Below, one piece after another: positions 40,214 to 49,253 of a stretch of 64,000 nucleotides of DNA; position 1 is the first letter of the stretch; each line of letters opens with the position of its first letter. The notes beneath the pieces are model-generated. The model saw nothing but the letters and a program-made list of their open reading frames with translations, searched no databases and had not been told where the DNA came from. The DNA is from Promethearchaeota archaeon. Its GTDB lineage: Archaea > Asgardarchaeota > Lokiarchaeia > Sigyniarchaeales > SOKP01. The stretch is from the NCBI GenBank assembly GCA_019894975.1, contig JAGXNO010000008.1:1-64000 (forward strand), written 5' to 3'. The position numbers and the translations under genes are program-made.

Positions 40214-42310
40214 TTACCTTAAAATCGCTTTTATTTCAAATAGATAATTATCTAAAGAGGCTGAAGCCTTGTTTGAAAGATCAAGCTGATTCACCTTCTT
40301 TTTTAATTCTGATTCGAAATTATATTGGTTTAGAAGCCATAATAATTTATGAATCTCGATTTTTTTCTTAAAGTCATTATCAATTTTAAAATGATTTGAA
40401 TATGTATTATAAAATGCATCATTAAAAGAAGGTATGTTTAAAGGTTTTAAAATTAAATAATCAATTTTTATAAAATCTTGAGCTCTACTTCCAATATACC
40501 AATTATCGAAATCTACTAATCCGTTCAGATGAATTGCACCCTGATCCTCTTTTACAATAACATTTTGACTATGAAAATCATTGTGTAATACCACAAATTC
40601 ATTTTCTTCTTCAATCAATGCTTGATTATCGTTATAATAATCTCTTATTTCTTTCCCAAGATCAATTTTATACTTTTTAGCTTCCTGAATCTCATTTTCT
40701 AATTGATTATTAAAATATTCTGAATAGCTTTTCTTATTTTTTTCCCCAATTTGACTAATGTTTTTATAAAAAGATTTAAATTTAATATTGTGCAGATTTC
40801 CTAAATGTTCACCTAGATTTTCAAAAATATTTATAAACTTTTTAGAATCCAAGTTCTTTCCTTCAGTGATATATTTATTTATGATTTGAAATAATGGTTT
40901 TCCTCGAATATACTCTTGTACTGAGAAAATATAGGGAATAATTTCTTTACTCTCATCATAGTAGATTAAATTGCTTACAGGCATAATTGGGGGTTTTTCT
41001 TTCTCAAAAATATATGATCCTGTTTTGGAACTAATTATCTCTTTTACTTTTTCTCTTAAATCTGGCTCATCAGGTAGTAGAGTTTTGTCTAAAAGAGGAA
41101 AGAGTAGTTTTTCTTTGACCAAATTTTCATATTGAAAGAATTTACTAGTTCGAAATCTGAATACTAATTGACTTTTTTCAAATTTAACCCTATATATCGT
41201 GTTTACATCAGCAATATAAGGTCCCTTAATTTTCATAACTTTTCCTTGATGAACTAAAACATCAATTTTTGAAAAAATATCTATAATATCTTGAAATTGG
41301 TAAAGGTCCTTTGTTCCTATATAATACAGTTGATAAATTTGTTTATTGTTAAGCAATGAATTAACAGTGGCTTCTATTCGTTCTTTACTTATTGTTTCAA
41401 TTTCATTTTGAAGCGTAGTAGTGAGATTATTAACTTCTTCATTCGTTGTTGATATTAAATCTCTATATAAATGCAGAAACGCATATTTTAATCCACGTTT
41501 TTCTTGGTCTACTTCAGCTTTAATATCATAAATGTTAGTTCTGATATCGTTAATTTGTTCTTGCAATTGTAGAAGTTCTAAGAGATTATCTTCTAACGCA
41601 TAATAGTAGAGTTTTGAAAACATATTGACCAAGTTACTTATACTCGATACAATCCCACTATTTTTTCTTTGGTTCAAGGGGATAAGTTGAAAGAAATTTT
41701 GAGAGTTTTCTTCGAGTCCACAGAAAACTGAAAAATTCTCGTTTAGTAACTCAAGATAAGATTTACACATCTTGATATTATAGAAAGAATCATTTAAACC
41801 TCTTAAAGATGTGAATTCAGTTAATTTTTTTAACGAAGCAGGGTCAATCTCATTTCTAGCACTTTGAGGAGGATTATTATATAAATAGATCTTATTTTTA
41901 GGATTAATAGAGCCTAAAATGTTTTCAAAATATGAATTTATTTCATCTGCTGGAAGTTTTTCCAAAGCGGGAGGAGAAATCATGTAATTAAGATCTTCAT
42001 ATTTACGACCTAAACTTTCAATTTGGTTAATTACATCATTAGCAGAATCACCATGGATTCCGATAAGGACTGGAATTCTATTTTCAGAAAAATTCAATGT
42101 TAAATCGATAAGTTTAGACATTTCTTCAAGATTATTTAAAAAAAGTCTCCCGTCCCCCATTCTACCAAACAGCAAGATTGCGTTGGCATCATTTGTTAAG
42201 ATATGACGTATAAGAAGTGAATTTAAATTTTCTAAAATTTCACCATTCCTATTGAAAAAAGTTAAAGCATCACAGATAACCCCGTTGATTGGAGACATTT
42301 TAAATTTCAC
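40214..42310 (-). CDS. fusion of degenerate DHDPS/NAL-family aldolase domain and APH/choline-kinase-like phosphotransferase
   Basis: N-half: YLYNNP, GLNDS; C-half: LHNDFHSQN, LVDFD. Confidence 0.75.
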   Translation of the reverse strand: MKFKMSPINGVICDALTFFNRNGEILENLNSLLIRHILTNDANAILLFGRMGDGRLFLNNLEEMSKLIDLTLNFSENRIPVLIGIHGDSANDVINQIESLGRKYEDLNYMISPPALEKLPADEINSYFENILGSINPKNKIYLYNNPPQSARNEIDPASLKKLTEFTSLRGLNDSFYNIKMCKSYLELLNENFSVFCGLEENSQNFFQLIPLNQRKNSGIVSSISNLVNMFSKLYYYALEDNLLELLQLQEQINDIRTNIYDIKAEVDQEKRGLKYAFLHLYRDLISTTNEEVNNLTTTLQNEIETISKERIEATVNSLLNNKQIYQLYYIGTKDLYQFQDIIDIFSKIDVLVHQGKVMKIKGPYIADVNTIYRVKFEKSQLVFRFRTSKFFQYENLVKEKLLFPLLDKTLLPDEPDLREKVKEIISSKTGSYIFEKEKPPIMPVSNLIYYDESKEIIPYIFSVQEYIRGKPLFQIINKYITEGKNLDSKKFINIFENLGEHLGNLHNIKFKSFYKNISQIGEKNKKSYSEYFNNQLENEIQEAKKYKIDLGKEIRDYYNDNQALIEEENEFVVLHNDFHSQNVIVKEDQGAIHLNGLVDFDNWYIGSRAQDFIKIDYLILKPLNIPSFNDAFYNTYSNHFKIDNDFKKKIEIHKLLWLLNQYNFESELKKKVNQLDLSNKASASLDNYLFEIKAILR

Positions 42311-42589
42311 TTCTTAAAGTATGGAAGTAATATGAATTTTTATAATGTTATAAGTATATCAACTTTAAAGAGTTAATATGGTTTTTATATAAAATATTTT
42401 TAAAATTATAGCTCATATTTTATAACTCTCTTATTAATAATTACTTATTTAATTTAAATAGATTTGATAAACCTTTTAAAGAAAGGGTTAATGTTTTCTG
42501 TAAAATTGACGGTATTAGTTTATTGATCGTATCCATTGGCACTTTTAGTTATGTAGAAAACAAAAAGAATATTTTTTTTAATGATCCTT

Positions 42590-44275
42590 CTAGATTTTCT
42601 TAGATTCTTTAAAAATTTCAAAAATGTCTTTTTCATAATCTATTGTGTCTTCTGGTAATAGGCTTGGATCTTTAACCAGTTTAGCCAAATAATAGATTTT
42701 TGCCCCTCTTTCAAGGTATTGTAGAACTGTATAAGCGCCTTCTAAGTGGCTTCCGCAACATAAGTTACCGTGATTAGAGAGTAAAACTGCATTTCTTTCA
42801 TCCAAGTCCTTTATGACGGTTTCTGCTAATTCTTCTGTGCCCGCTTCTTCATATTTTGCACATAATACTTCACCACCTATATAGGGAACTAATTCTTCCA
42901 TTAACGGAGGGAGGGAGAGATTTAAGGTGCTAAGAACAGTGGAATAAATACTATGAGCATGTATAATCGCATTTATATCTTCTCGCTCCTTATACACACT
43001 TAAATGCATTTGCTTCTCTACTGAAGGATTTCTGTCACCATCAATAACTTTACCTCCCATATCAATGATAAGAATGTCTTCTGGTTTCATCTCAATGTAA
43101 TTAACATTACTTGGTGTGATTAGCACATATTCAGAATCATCGTCTTTTACTCTGACACTTACATTCCCTGCAGAACCGATCACATGCTTGTCTTTTAACA
43201 GAATTTTACAAAAATCGACTATTTTCTTTCTCAAATCATTAATATCTAGGTTGGAAATGACTTTTTTATCTGTTAAAACTTCGGGATTCATAATGTTTCT
43301 TGGTATCTTATTGTTTAACCACAATTTGATATCCTCTAAGAGCATTTGAGATTGACGTTCAATTACTTCTTTTGTATCACCCCCAATATGGGGTGAAATG
43401 ATGGTATTTGAGAATTTTAGAAATTTATTGTCCTCATCAATAGGTTCTAAGGGGAAGACATCTAAAGCTGCTCCTGCTATTTTTTTCTGTTCTAATGCTT
43501 TCTCTAACGCTTCATAATCAACTAAACTTCCCTTGGCAGTATTTATTAAATAAGCCGTCTTTTTCATTGATTCTAATCTTTTTTCATTGATAAGATTATC
43601 ATTCTCATCTGTGGCAGTAGCATGAATAGTTATAAAATCAGAATTTCGTACAAGAAAATCTATATCGACTATATCCCCATATTCATTTGCAACTGTTTTT
43701 GGTACGAAGGGATCGTAAATAAGGAATTTTACTCCAAAGGCTTTTAATCTTTTTGCTACTCTTATTCCAATTTGACCAAAACCAATAATCCCAACCGTTT
43801 TTCCTCCTAATTCAGTACCTTTAAATTGCACAAAATAATCTACCCAGTTTTCAAAATCTATAACTTCGAACTTTTCAGAATGAAGAATTCTTTCTACTTC
43901 AGGGATTTTACGAGCAAGCATTAATATATAACAAACGGTTAAATCGGCGACAGCATCAACATTCCTAAAAGGTGTATTAAGGACAGGTAATCCTTTCTCT
44001 GTTGCAGCAATGAGGTTAACATTAAACGGATCTCCTCTGCATGAGATGAGTAATTTTATATTAGTTAACTCATAAAATTCCTTTTTTTTAACATCATCAG
44101 TCTCCGTAATAAAAATATCTATACCTTCTAGTTTTTCTGCCAATTCTTTAGCATCAAAATATATTTCTCGAGTTTGAACCCATGGTTCATAAACAACTTC
44201 CATTAATTTTCTTAATTCGTTTAGAACCTCGGGACTTAAACTTGCGGTTACCAAAGCCTTCATATTCATCATCAC
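42590..44275 (-). CDS. fusion of D-2-hydroxyacid dehydrogenase (SerA-like) and class II aldolase
   Basis: GFGQIG, DVFPLEP, SPHIGG; GNVS, PSVE..MH, HAHS, NHG. Confidence 0.85.
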   Translation of the reverse strand: MMMNMKALVTASLSPEVLNELRKLMEVVYEPWVQTREIYFDAKELAEKLEGIDIFITETDDVKKKEFYELTNIKLLISCRGDPFNVNLIAATEKGLPVLNTPFRNVDAVADLTVCYILMLARKIPEVERILHSEKFEVIDFENWVDYFVQFKGTELGGKTVGIIGFGQIGIRVAKRLKAFGVKFLIYDPFVPKTVANEYGDIVDIDFLVRNSDFITIHATATDENDNLINEKRLESMKKTAYLINTAKGSLVDYEALEKALEQKKIAGAALDVFPLEPIDEDNKFLKFSNTIISPHIGGDTKEVIERQSQMLLEDIKLWLNNKIPRNIMNPEVLTDKKVISNLDINDLRKKIVDFCKILLKDKHVIGSAGNVSVRVKDDDSEYVLITPSNVNYIEMKPEDILIIDMGGKVIDGDRNPSVEKQMHLSVYKEREDINAIIHAHSIYSTVLSTLNLSLPPLMEELVPYIGGEVLCAKYEEAGTEELAETVIKDLDERNAVLLSNHGNLCCGSHLEGAYTVLQYLERGAKIYYLAKLVKDPSLLPEDTIDYEKDIFEIFKESKKI

Positions 44276-44307
44276 ACAAACATTATGAAAAATTAATTAA
44301 AAAATAT

Positions 44308-44658
44308 TTAGAAAAGTAAGCTCTTTAATTTTAGTAAGTTCCTTATTTTCCCTTCAACTACTTTTATTTGACCAGAGCTATATGCTTTCACAGCTCCAAT
44401 TTCTTTATTAAACAATCCAATTAGGGTCTTTTCAGTAGTAAATTCTATTTTGACAGGTATATCTTTATTTCCAGAATTATTTTCTATTTTAATTCCTTTA
44501 TCTCCATTTACCAAAATAATGAACGAATATCCACTATCCAAAAAGGTAACTTGGATTGGATCATTGTAATTTACTAATTTTCTTCTAACTTTTTCAGTAT
44601 TATTATAACGATCTTCAATTTCTTTTAAACAACCTGCAATATCTTCGAATTTTGACAT
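44308..44658 (-). CDS. SCP2 sterol/lipid-binding domain protein
   Basis: AVKAYSSGQIKVVEG..LLKL SCP2 C-terminal motif. Confidence 0.75.
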   Translation of the reverse strand: MSKFEDIAGCLKEIEDRYNNTEKVRRKLVNYNDPIQVTFLDSGYSFIILVNGDKGIKIENNSGNKDIPVKIEFTTEKTLIGLFNKEIGAVKAYSSGQIKVVEGKIRNLLKLKSLLF

Positions 44659-44771
44659 TACTTTAATATCCCCATTTTATTTTTTACTCTTTTCAATATT
44701 TCATATAAGTGTTGAATGAGTATTAAAGAATTCTTGGCAGTAATTTGATTATAAAATATAGAAAAAAATAA

Positions 44772-44875
44772 CGGGCTATGAGGGATGTGTTCAGAAAACG
44801 CTCAATGCGAGTCCCGTTGAACCCCCGACCTGCCGGTTAAGAGCCGGTTGCGCTACCTGCCTGCGCCAATAGCCC
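44772..44875 (-). tRNA. tRNA-Lys(CTT) with non-canonical 58/59 intron (44787-44816, 30 nt)
   Basis: GGGCTAT/ATAGCCC+G; loop CT-CTT-AA; BHB GTTC-AA^C-GGGA...TTCT-GAAC-AC^A-TCCC gives T-loop TTCAAAT. Confidence 0.9.
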
Positions 44876-44902
44876 ATTTTATATTAAAATCAATCATCAA
44901 AA

Positions 44903-45004
44903 CGCAGATGGAGGGATTCGAACCCCCGAGCGCTTATGCGCACTGGCTCACTTGGTTGTATAATACACTCAAGGCCAGCGTCTTACCAACTAGGCTACAT
45001 CTGC
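44903..45004 (-). tRNA. tRNA-Ser(TGA) with canonical 37/38 intron (44949-44967, 19 nt)
   Basis: GCAGATG/CATCTGC+G; long variable arm; BHB CTTG-AG^T...CAAG-TG^A. Confidence 0.9.
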
Positions 45005-45140
45005 TATTTTATTGACATCGATTGATCAAATTAGATTATGTTTACTCTAATAAAATTTTTTTTCTTTTTCATTGCTTTTTGCTTAATTCTCTCTTGAATT
45101 TAAAGAAAAATATAAATTTTATGCTACATAGGGTATTAAT

Positions 45141-45629
45141 ATGAGTGGGGCAAAAGATTTTCGTTATTTAATACCTGAAAGTTTGTTTAAGGAAATAACT
45201 CAAAAGGCGGCGGAAGAATATCCTCAAATTTGCCACGGCTGGTTATTTGCTGATAGAAAAGAAAATTTCGGAATCTGTACTCAATTCACCATGAATTCCG
45301 ATTTACGCAGAACAAAAATACATGTAAAACCAAGAAGCTGGATGAGATATAAGAAATCTAAAATCTATAACATGCGGAAGTTTAAACAAGAGATGGCGAC
45401 GGATATTGTATGGCAGTGGCACTCCCATCCTTCCGGTAGTGATAAGCTACACGCTATAGATAAGCGGATCTTAAAATATTTATCAAATGGAGTTATGATA
45501 ATCGTTGTACCAGAAGTACCAAATAGAGAACCAGAACAAAAAGCACATCTTGTCGGTTGGTATTATGACAAACGCTATACAAAGAAGCCTATCATTGAAA
45601 AAATGGTTTTCGAAATAATCTCCGAATAA
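45141..45629 (+). CDS. MPN/JAB domain protein
   Basis: WHSHP...D JAMM-like motif. Confidence 0.7.
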   Translation: MSGAKDFRYLIPESLFKEITQKAAEEYPQICHGWLFADRKENFGICTQFTMNSDLRRTKIHVKPRSWMRYKKSKIYNMRKFKQEMATDIVWQWHSHPSGSDKLHAIDKRILKYLSNGVMIIVVPEVPNREPEQKAHLVGWYYDKRYTKKPIIEKMVFEIISE

Positions 45630-45758
45630 TTTATTTCAGGTTTATTTCTTCTTTTTATTCTTCTAATCTTTTTTTCAAACAATTTTGTTATATAATAAAA
45701 TATTAAAATTTTGAATCGTTATATTGAAAGTATACCTTATCAAATCTTTAGCAATTAT

Positions 45759-45841
45759 GCAATCGTTGCCTAGCCTGGTACGGCGCTGGTCTGCTAAACC
45801 AGTATCCTACGGATGCGTGGGTTCGAATCCCACCGATTGCG
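45759..45841 (+). tRNA. tRNA-Ser(GCT)
   Basis: GCAATCG/CGATTGC+G; CTGGT-CTGCTAA-ACCAG; long variable arm; GTTCGAATC. Confidence 0.95.
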
Positions 45842-45850
45842 CTTAATTAA

Positions 45851-45926
45851 GGGCCAGTGGTCTAGTGGTGATGACGCCTCGCTTACACCGAGGAAATCGG
45901 GAGTTCAAACCTCTCCTGGCCCACCA
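45851..45926 (+). tRNA. tRNA-Val(TAC), CCA encoded
   Basis: GGGCCAG/CTGGCCC+A+CCA; CCTCG-CTTACAC-CGAGG. Confidence 0.95.
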
Positions 45927-45932
45927 TTTCTT

Positions 45933-46727
45933 TTATTTAGACAATCTTCTCATTCTTTTTGGCAACAATACACCAAATTTACAATTTTCTAAGTCTTTTC
46001 CAATACGAGATATGATCCCCGGGGCATTAGAATCCTGTTTCAAAAGTATTAGATTTTCTAAAAAACCAAATCTCTTTACGGTAATTATATCCCTAAAATG
46101 ACCCTTTCTCACAATTACTTTCTTAAATTGCCCCTTAGTCTCTCCGCTTAAGAAGATAGCCTCGAGATTCTCATCCATAATCTTTTTAAAGATATCTATT
46201 GTACTTTGGGCTATTTCTCCTTGGATTTCATGCTTTTCTTTATCTATTTTTAGAATTTTCACTTCAATTGGGAAATGATCGATAAAATCATAAGCTTCAA
46301 TTATCTCTGGCAAAGATTTTTCACGTCCTTTACATAATTGATCTCTGAGAGAGTGTAAATTAATTAGTACATCAACCGGAGGGTTCATAATTGCACAATC
46401 TACAAATATACCGAACCCAACGCCCCCTACTTCGACAAGCGTTCCTTTATAAATTCCGCCTTCTTTAATCTCCTTAAATTCTTTAACAAAACCAATTTCG
46501 TTCTTTAATATATTAGATACAAAGACTTCTTCAGACCCACTAATCGTAATTTCAAATCGTTTATCAAAATCTCGTAGTTTTTTTATTTTCAGTGAAGTAT
46601 CTGGAAAACCTTTTACCTTTTCTCCTAAGTATTTTAAATATCTCAAGAAGATATCTTCCTTTTGCTTCTTCTTAGAAACAAAATAGATTTTGTCAAATAA
46701 AACCAAATTTTTAACCATAGTGAACAC
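45933..46727 (-). CDS. DUF2110 family protein
   Basis: YKGTLVEVGGVGFGIFVD, GFLE, APGIISRIG. Confidence 0.7.
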   Translation of the reverse strand: MFTMVKNLVLFDKIYFVSKKKQKEDIFLRYLKYLGEKVKGFPDTSLKIKKLRDFDKRFEITISGSEEVFVSNILKNEIGFVKEFKEIKEGGIYKGTLVEVGGVGFGIFVDCAIMNPPVDVLINLHSLRDQLCKGREKSLPEIIEAYDFIDHFPIEVKILKIDKEKHEIQGEIAQSTIDIFKKIMDENLEAIFLSGETKGQFKKVIVRKGHFRDIITVKRFGFLENLILLKQDSNAPGIISRIGKDLENCKFGVLLPKRMRRLSK

Positions 46728-46893
46728 AATGTAGCTAGAGGTTAAGAGAAGTTATGTAGTTTAATATTTTAAAGGTAAAATACTTTTCCTATATATTAAG
46801 GACCTATTTTTTTGGTTCTAAAAAGACTTAAATTTCTAAGTTATTATCTTTCATTTAACTAAATACAGATTTTAATTAGAAGTTGAAAAAATT

Positions 46894-47265
46894 ATGGAAG
46901 AGCAAAGATTTCAAGTATTAGTCAAGACTTTACAAGAACAAGAAGGCATAGAAGAAATTTTTCTGTTAAATAAAGGTGGGGAGGTCGTCTATAAATCAGC
47001 AGATTTTCAGCTATCAAACGAAGAAGCAGGTGCACTTCTTACTGCATGGAAAACAAAAGAACCTGCAATTATGTTTCAAAACTATAGATTTGCCGTTTTA
47101 AAAAATGAGGAAATCCAACTTGCTGCCAGAAACATTAGTGGTGGAAAAGGAAATATCGTTGGTTCAGTTACAAAGGAAGGAGATTATCTAGTAGCGCATA
47201 CTAGGGATGAAGGGCTTATCATTTTAGAGTGGTCAATATTTATAAATAAAGTTGCGTGGTCGTAG
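46894..47265 (+). CDS. profilin-like protein
   Basis: 123 aa; LLNKGGEVVYKS, AW, FQNYRFAVLK...LAARN..GKGNIVG pattern of Asgard profilins. Confidence 0.65.
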   Translation: MEEQRFQVLVKTLQEQEGIEEIFLLNKGGEVVYKSADFQLSNEEAGALLTAWKTKEPAIMFQNYRFAVLKNEEIQLAARNISGGKGNIVGSVTKEGDYLVAHTRDEGLIILEWSIFINKVAWS

Positions 47266-47516
47266 CTCCTTTCAAAAAAAGATAAATAAAACCTTCTCTA
47301 CATTCTTTTTTCACTCAAAATTTATCCTTTTTTTAAATTATTTAAACAAAATATTTATTTTAGAATTTATTACTACAATTTAACTAAGTAAAACAAAAAA
47401 ATAATATAAAAAATAGAATTAATTAAGATTTAAAATTTAAGAGTATTAACCTATTTGGTTAAACTCTTTAGGTTTTTAAAAAACATATTAAATAGAACTA
47501 AGGAGGATATGCAAAA

Positions 47517-48242
47517 ATGTTTCAGCAAGCAGGACGTGGATATGATATGGCTATCACGCAGTTTTCACCTGAAGGACGACTTTTTCAAGTTGAGTATGCA
47601 ATAGAAGCTGTTCGAAGAGGTACTACTGCTGTTGTATGTAGGAATAAAAATTCTGTAGTATTTGCGGTTGAGAAGAAAAGTTCTGAACTTCAAGAAATTA
47701 GTATGAGTTCAGAAAAAATATTTAAGATTGATAACCATATTGGAGTTGCAATAGCCGGTCTAACCGCAGATGCACGTGTGTTGATTGATAGGGCTCGTAT
47801 TCAAGCTCAGGTAAATTTATTGAATTATGATGAAAAAATCTCTGTAAAGGATAGCACTTTAAATATTTGTGAATATAAGCAAGTATTCACCCAGAACGCA
47901 GGTGTGAGACCTTTCGGCGTCTCTTTTCTAGTTGCTGGAATTGATTCGAATGGCCCCTCCTTGTTTCTAACCGATCCTAGTGGTGCATTTTGGGCTTATA
48001 AAGCCTTCGCAATAGGATCTGGTGCCACTGAAGCAAGGGCTTACCTTGAAGAACATTATAAAGAAGATATGAGTGATGAGGAATTAAAATTATTACCCTT
48101 ACGAGCTCTCAAGGAGATAATGGGTGATAATCTAAATAAAGACACATGTGATATAGCTTTTATATTGAAAGAAGATAAAACGTTTAAACTTCTAAGTTTA
48201 GATGAAGAGGAAGAGTTGTTAAATAAATTAGCAACTTCCTAA
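47517..48242 (+). CDS. psmA: proteasome subunit alpha
   Basis: GYDMAITQFSPEGRLFQVEYA, RPFGVS; AAGGAGG Shine-Dalgarno at 47500-47506. Confidence 0.97.
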   Translation: MFQQAGRGYDMAITQFSPEGRLFQVEYAIEAVRRGTTAVVCRNKNSVVFAVEKKSSELQEISMSSEKIFKIDNHIGVAIAGLTADARVLIDRARIQAQVNLLNYDEKISVKDSTLNICEYKQVFTQNAGVRPFGVSFLVAGIDSNGPSLFLTDPSGAFWAYKAFAIGSGATEARAYLEEHYKEDMSDEELKLLPLRALKEIMGDNLNKDTCDIAFILKEDKTFKLLSLDEEEELLNKLATS

Positions 48243-48359
48243 AACCATATATATGAAATCAAGGTTACGGCCCATTATATTTATCAATTAACGCAAAGAC
48301 AAAAGTTAGGAAAAAAAGAAATTAAGGTAAATTAAGTTACGTTACTGTGAGACTATATT

Positions 48360-49163
48360 ATGATCGATCGACCAACTGACCGAGCAAGAATTGATTTAGG
48401 GGGCTTTATAGTAGGACGAATTGAGAAATCTGGAAGACAATTCGAAATGCTTATGGATCCAGAAAAAGCTTGGGAAGCCAAGAAAACGATTAGAGAAGAA
48501 ATTGATAACCGTCTCAAAGAAGGAGCAGAAAAATCGCGACTCACCGTAGACGATATTATTAATAGTAATAAAATAGATCTAGAGCTCATTTTTGAAACAT
48601 TTACAGTTTTTGAAGATTTGAGAAGAGGCAAAAAGGCGACAGACGGTGATATGGAAGCGGTTTTTGATACGACAGAAGGTATGAGAATAGCTGGACACGT
48701 TCTACTTGAAGGAGAAATACACTGGACAAAAACGCAAAGAGAAGAGGAAAGAACAAAGAGATTAAAGCAAATAATAACTATTATCAGTAAAAATGCGATT
48801 AATCCCCAGAATAAGAAACCACATCCTTCTCAGAGAATAGAGAAAGCAATTGAAGAAGCAAATGTTAAGATCGATTTAATGAGGAACGCTGAAGAACAGG
48901 TTGACGATGTAGTAAAAAGTATTCGAGTTATCATTCCAATTCGTATGGAACAAGTAGAAATGGCAATAAAAATACCTTCGGCTTTTACAGCTAAAGGGTA
49001 CAATATCGTAGCTCAACTTGCCCAAATCAAGAATGAAGAATGGCAATCTGATGGTTCTTGGGTGTCTGTTGTTAGTTTACCTGCAGGTTTACAAATGGAA
49101 ATGATTGATAAATTGAATAAATTAACTCATGGAAGAGTTCAAACCAAACTTTTAAAATCCTAA
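48360..49163 (+). CDS. ribosome maturation factor SBDS/Sdo1
   Basis: INPQNKKPHPSQRIEKAIEE, EEWQSDGSW; lies in the exosome operon. Confidence 0.9.
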   Translation: MIDRPTDRARIDLGGFIVGRIEKSGRQFEMLMDPEKAWEAKKTIREEIDNRLKEGAEKSRLTVDDIINSNKIDLELIFETFTVFEDLRRGKKATDGDMEAVFDTTEGMRIAGHVLLEGEIHWTKTQREEERTKRLKQIITIISKNAINPQNKKPHPSQRIEKAIEEANVKIDLMRNAEEQVDDVVKSIRVIIPIRMEQVEMAIKIPSAFTAKGYNIVAQLAQIKNEEWQSDGSWVSVVSLPAGLQMEMIDKLNKLTHGRVQTKLLKS

Positions 49164-49253
49164 CCAGTATAATTTTAATTAATTCTGATTTATGTTATTT
49201 TTTTGGCAATGGTTAGGTAATATAATAAAATTAATAAAAGAGTGTGAGTAATT

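Noticed and set aside
45865-46101. 78-aa ORF
   Set aside because: Overlaps tRNA-Val(TAC) and the antisense strand of the DUF2110 gene.
48470-48590. N-terminal insertion in SBDS as an intron
   Set aside because: In frame, purine-rich and without a hairpin; looks like a helical protein insertion.
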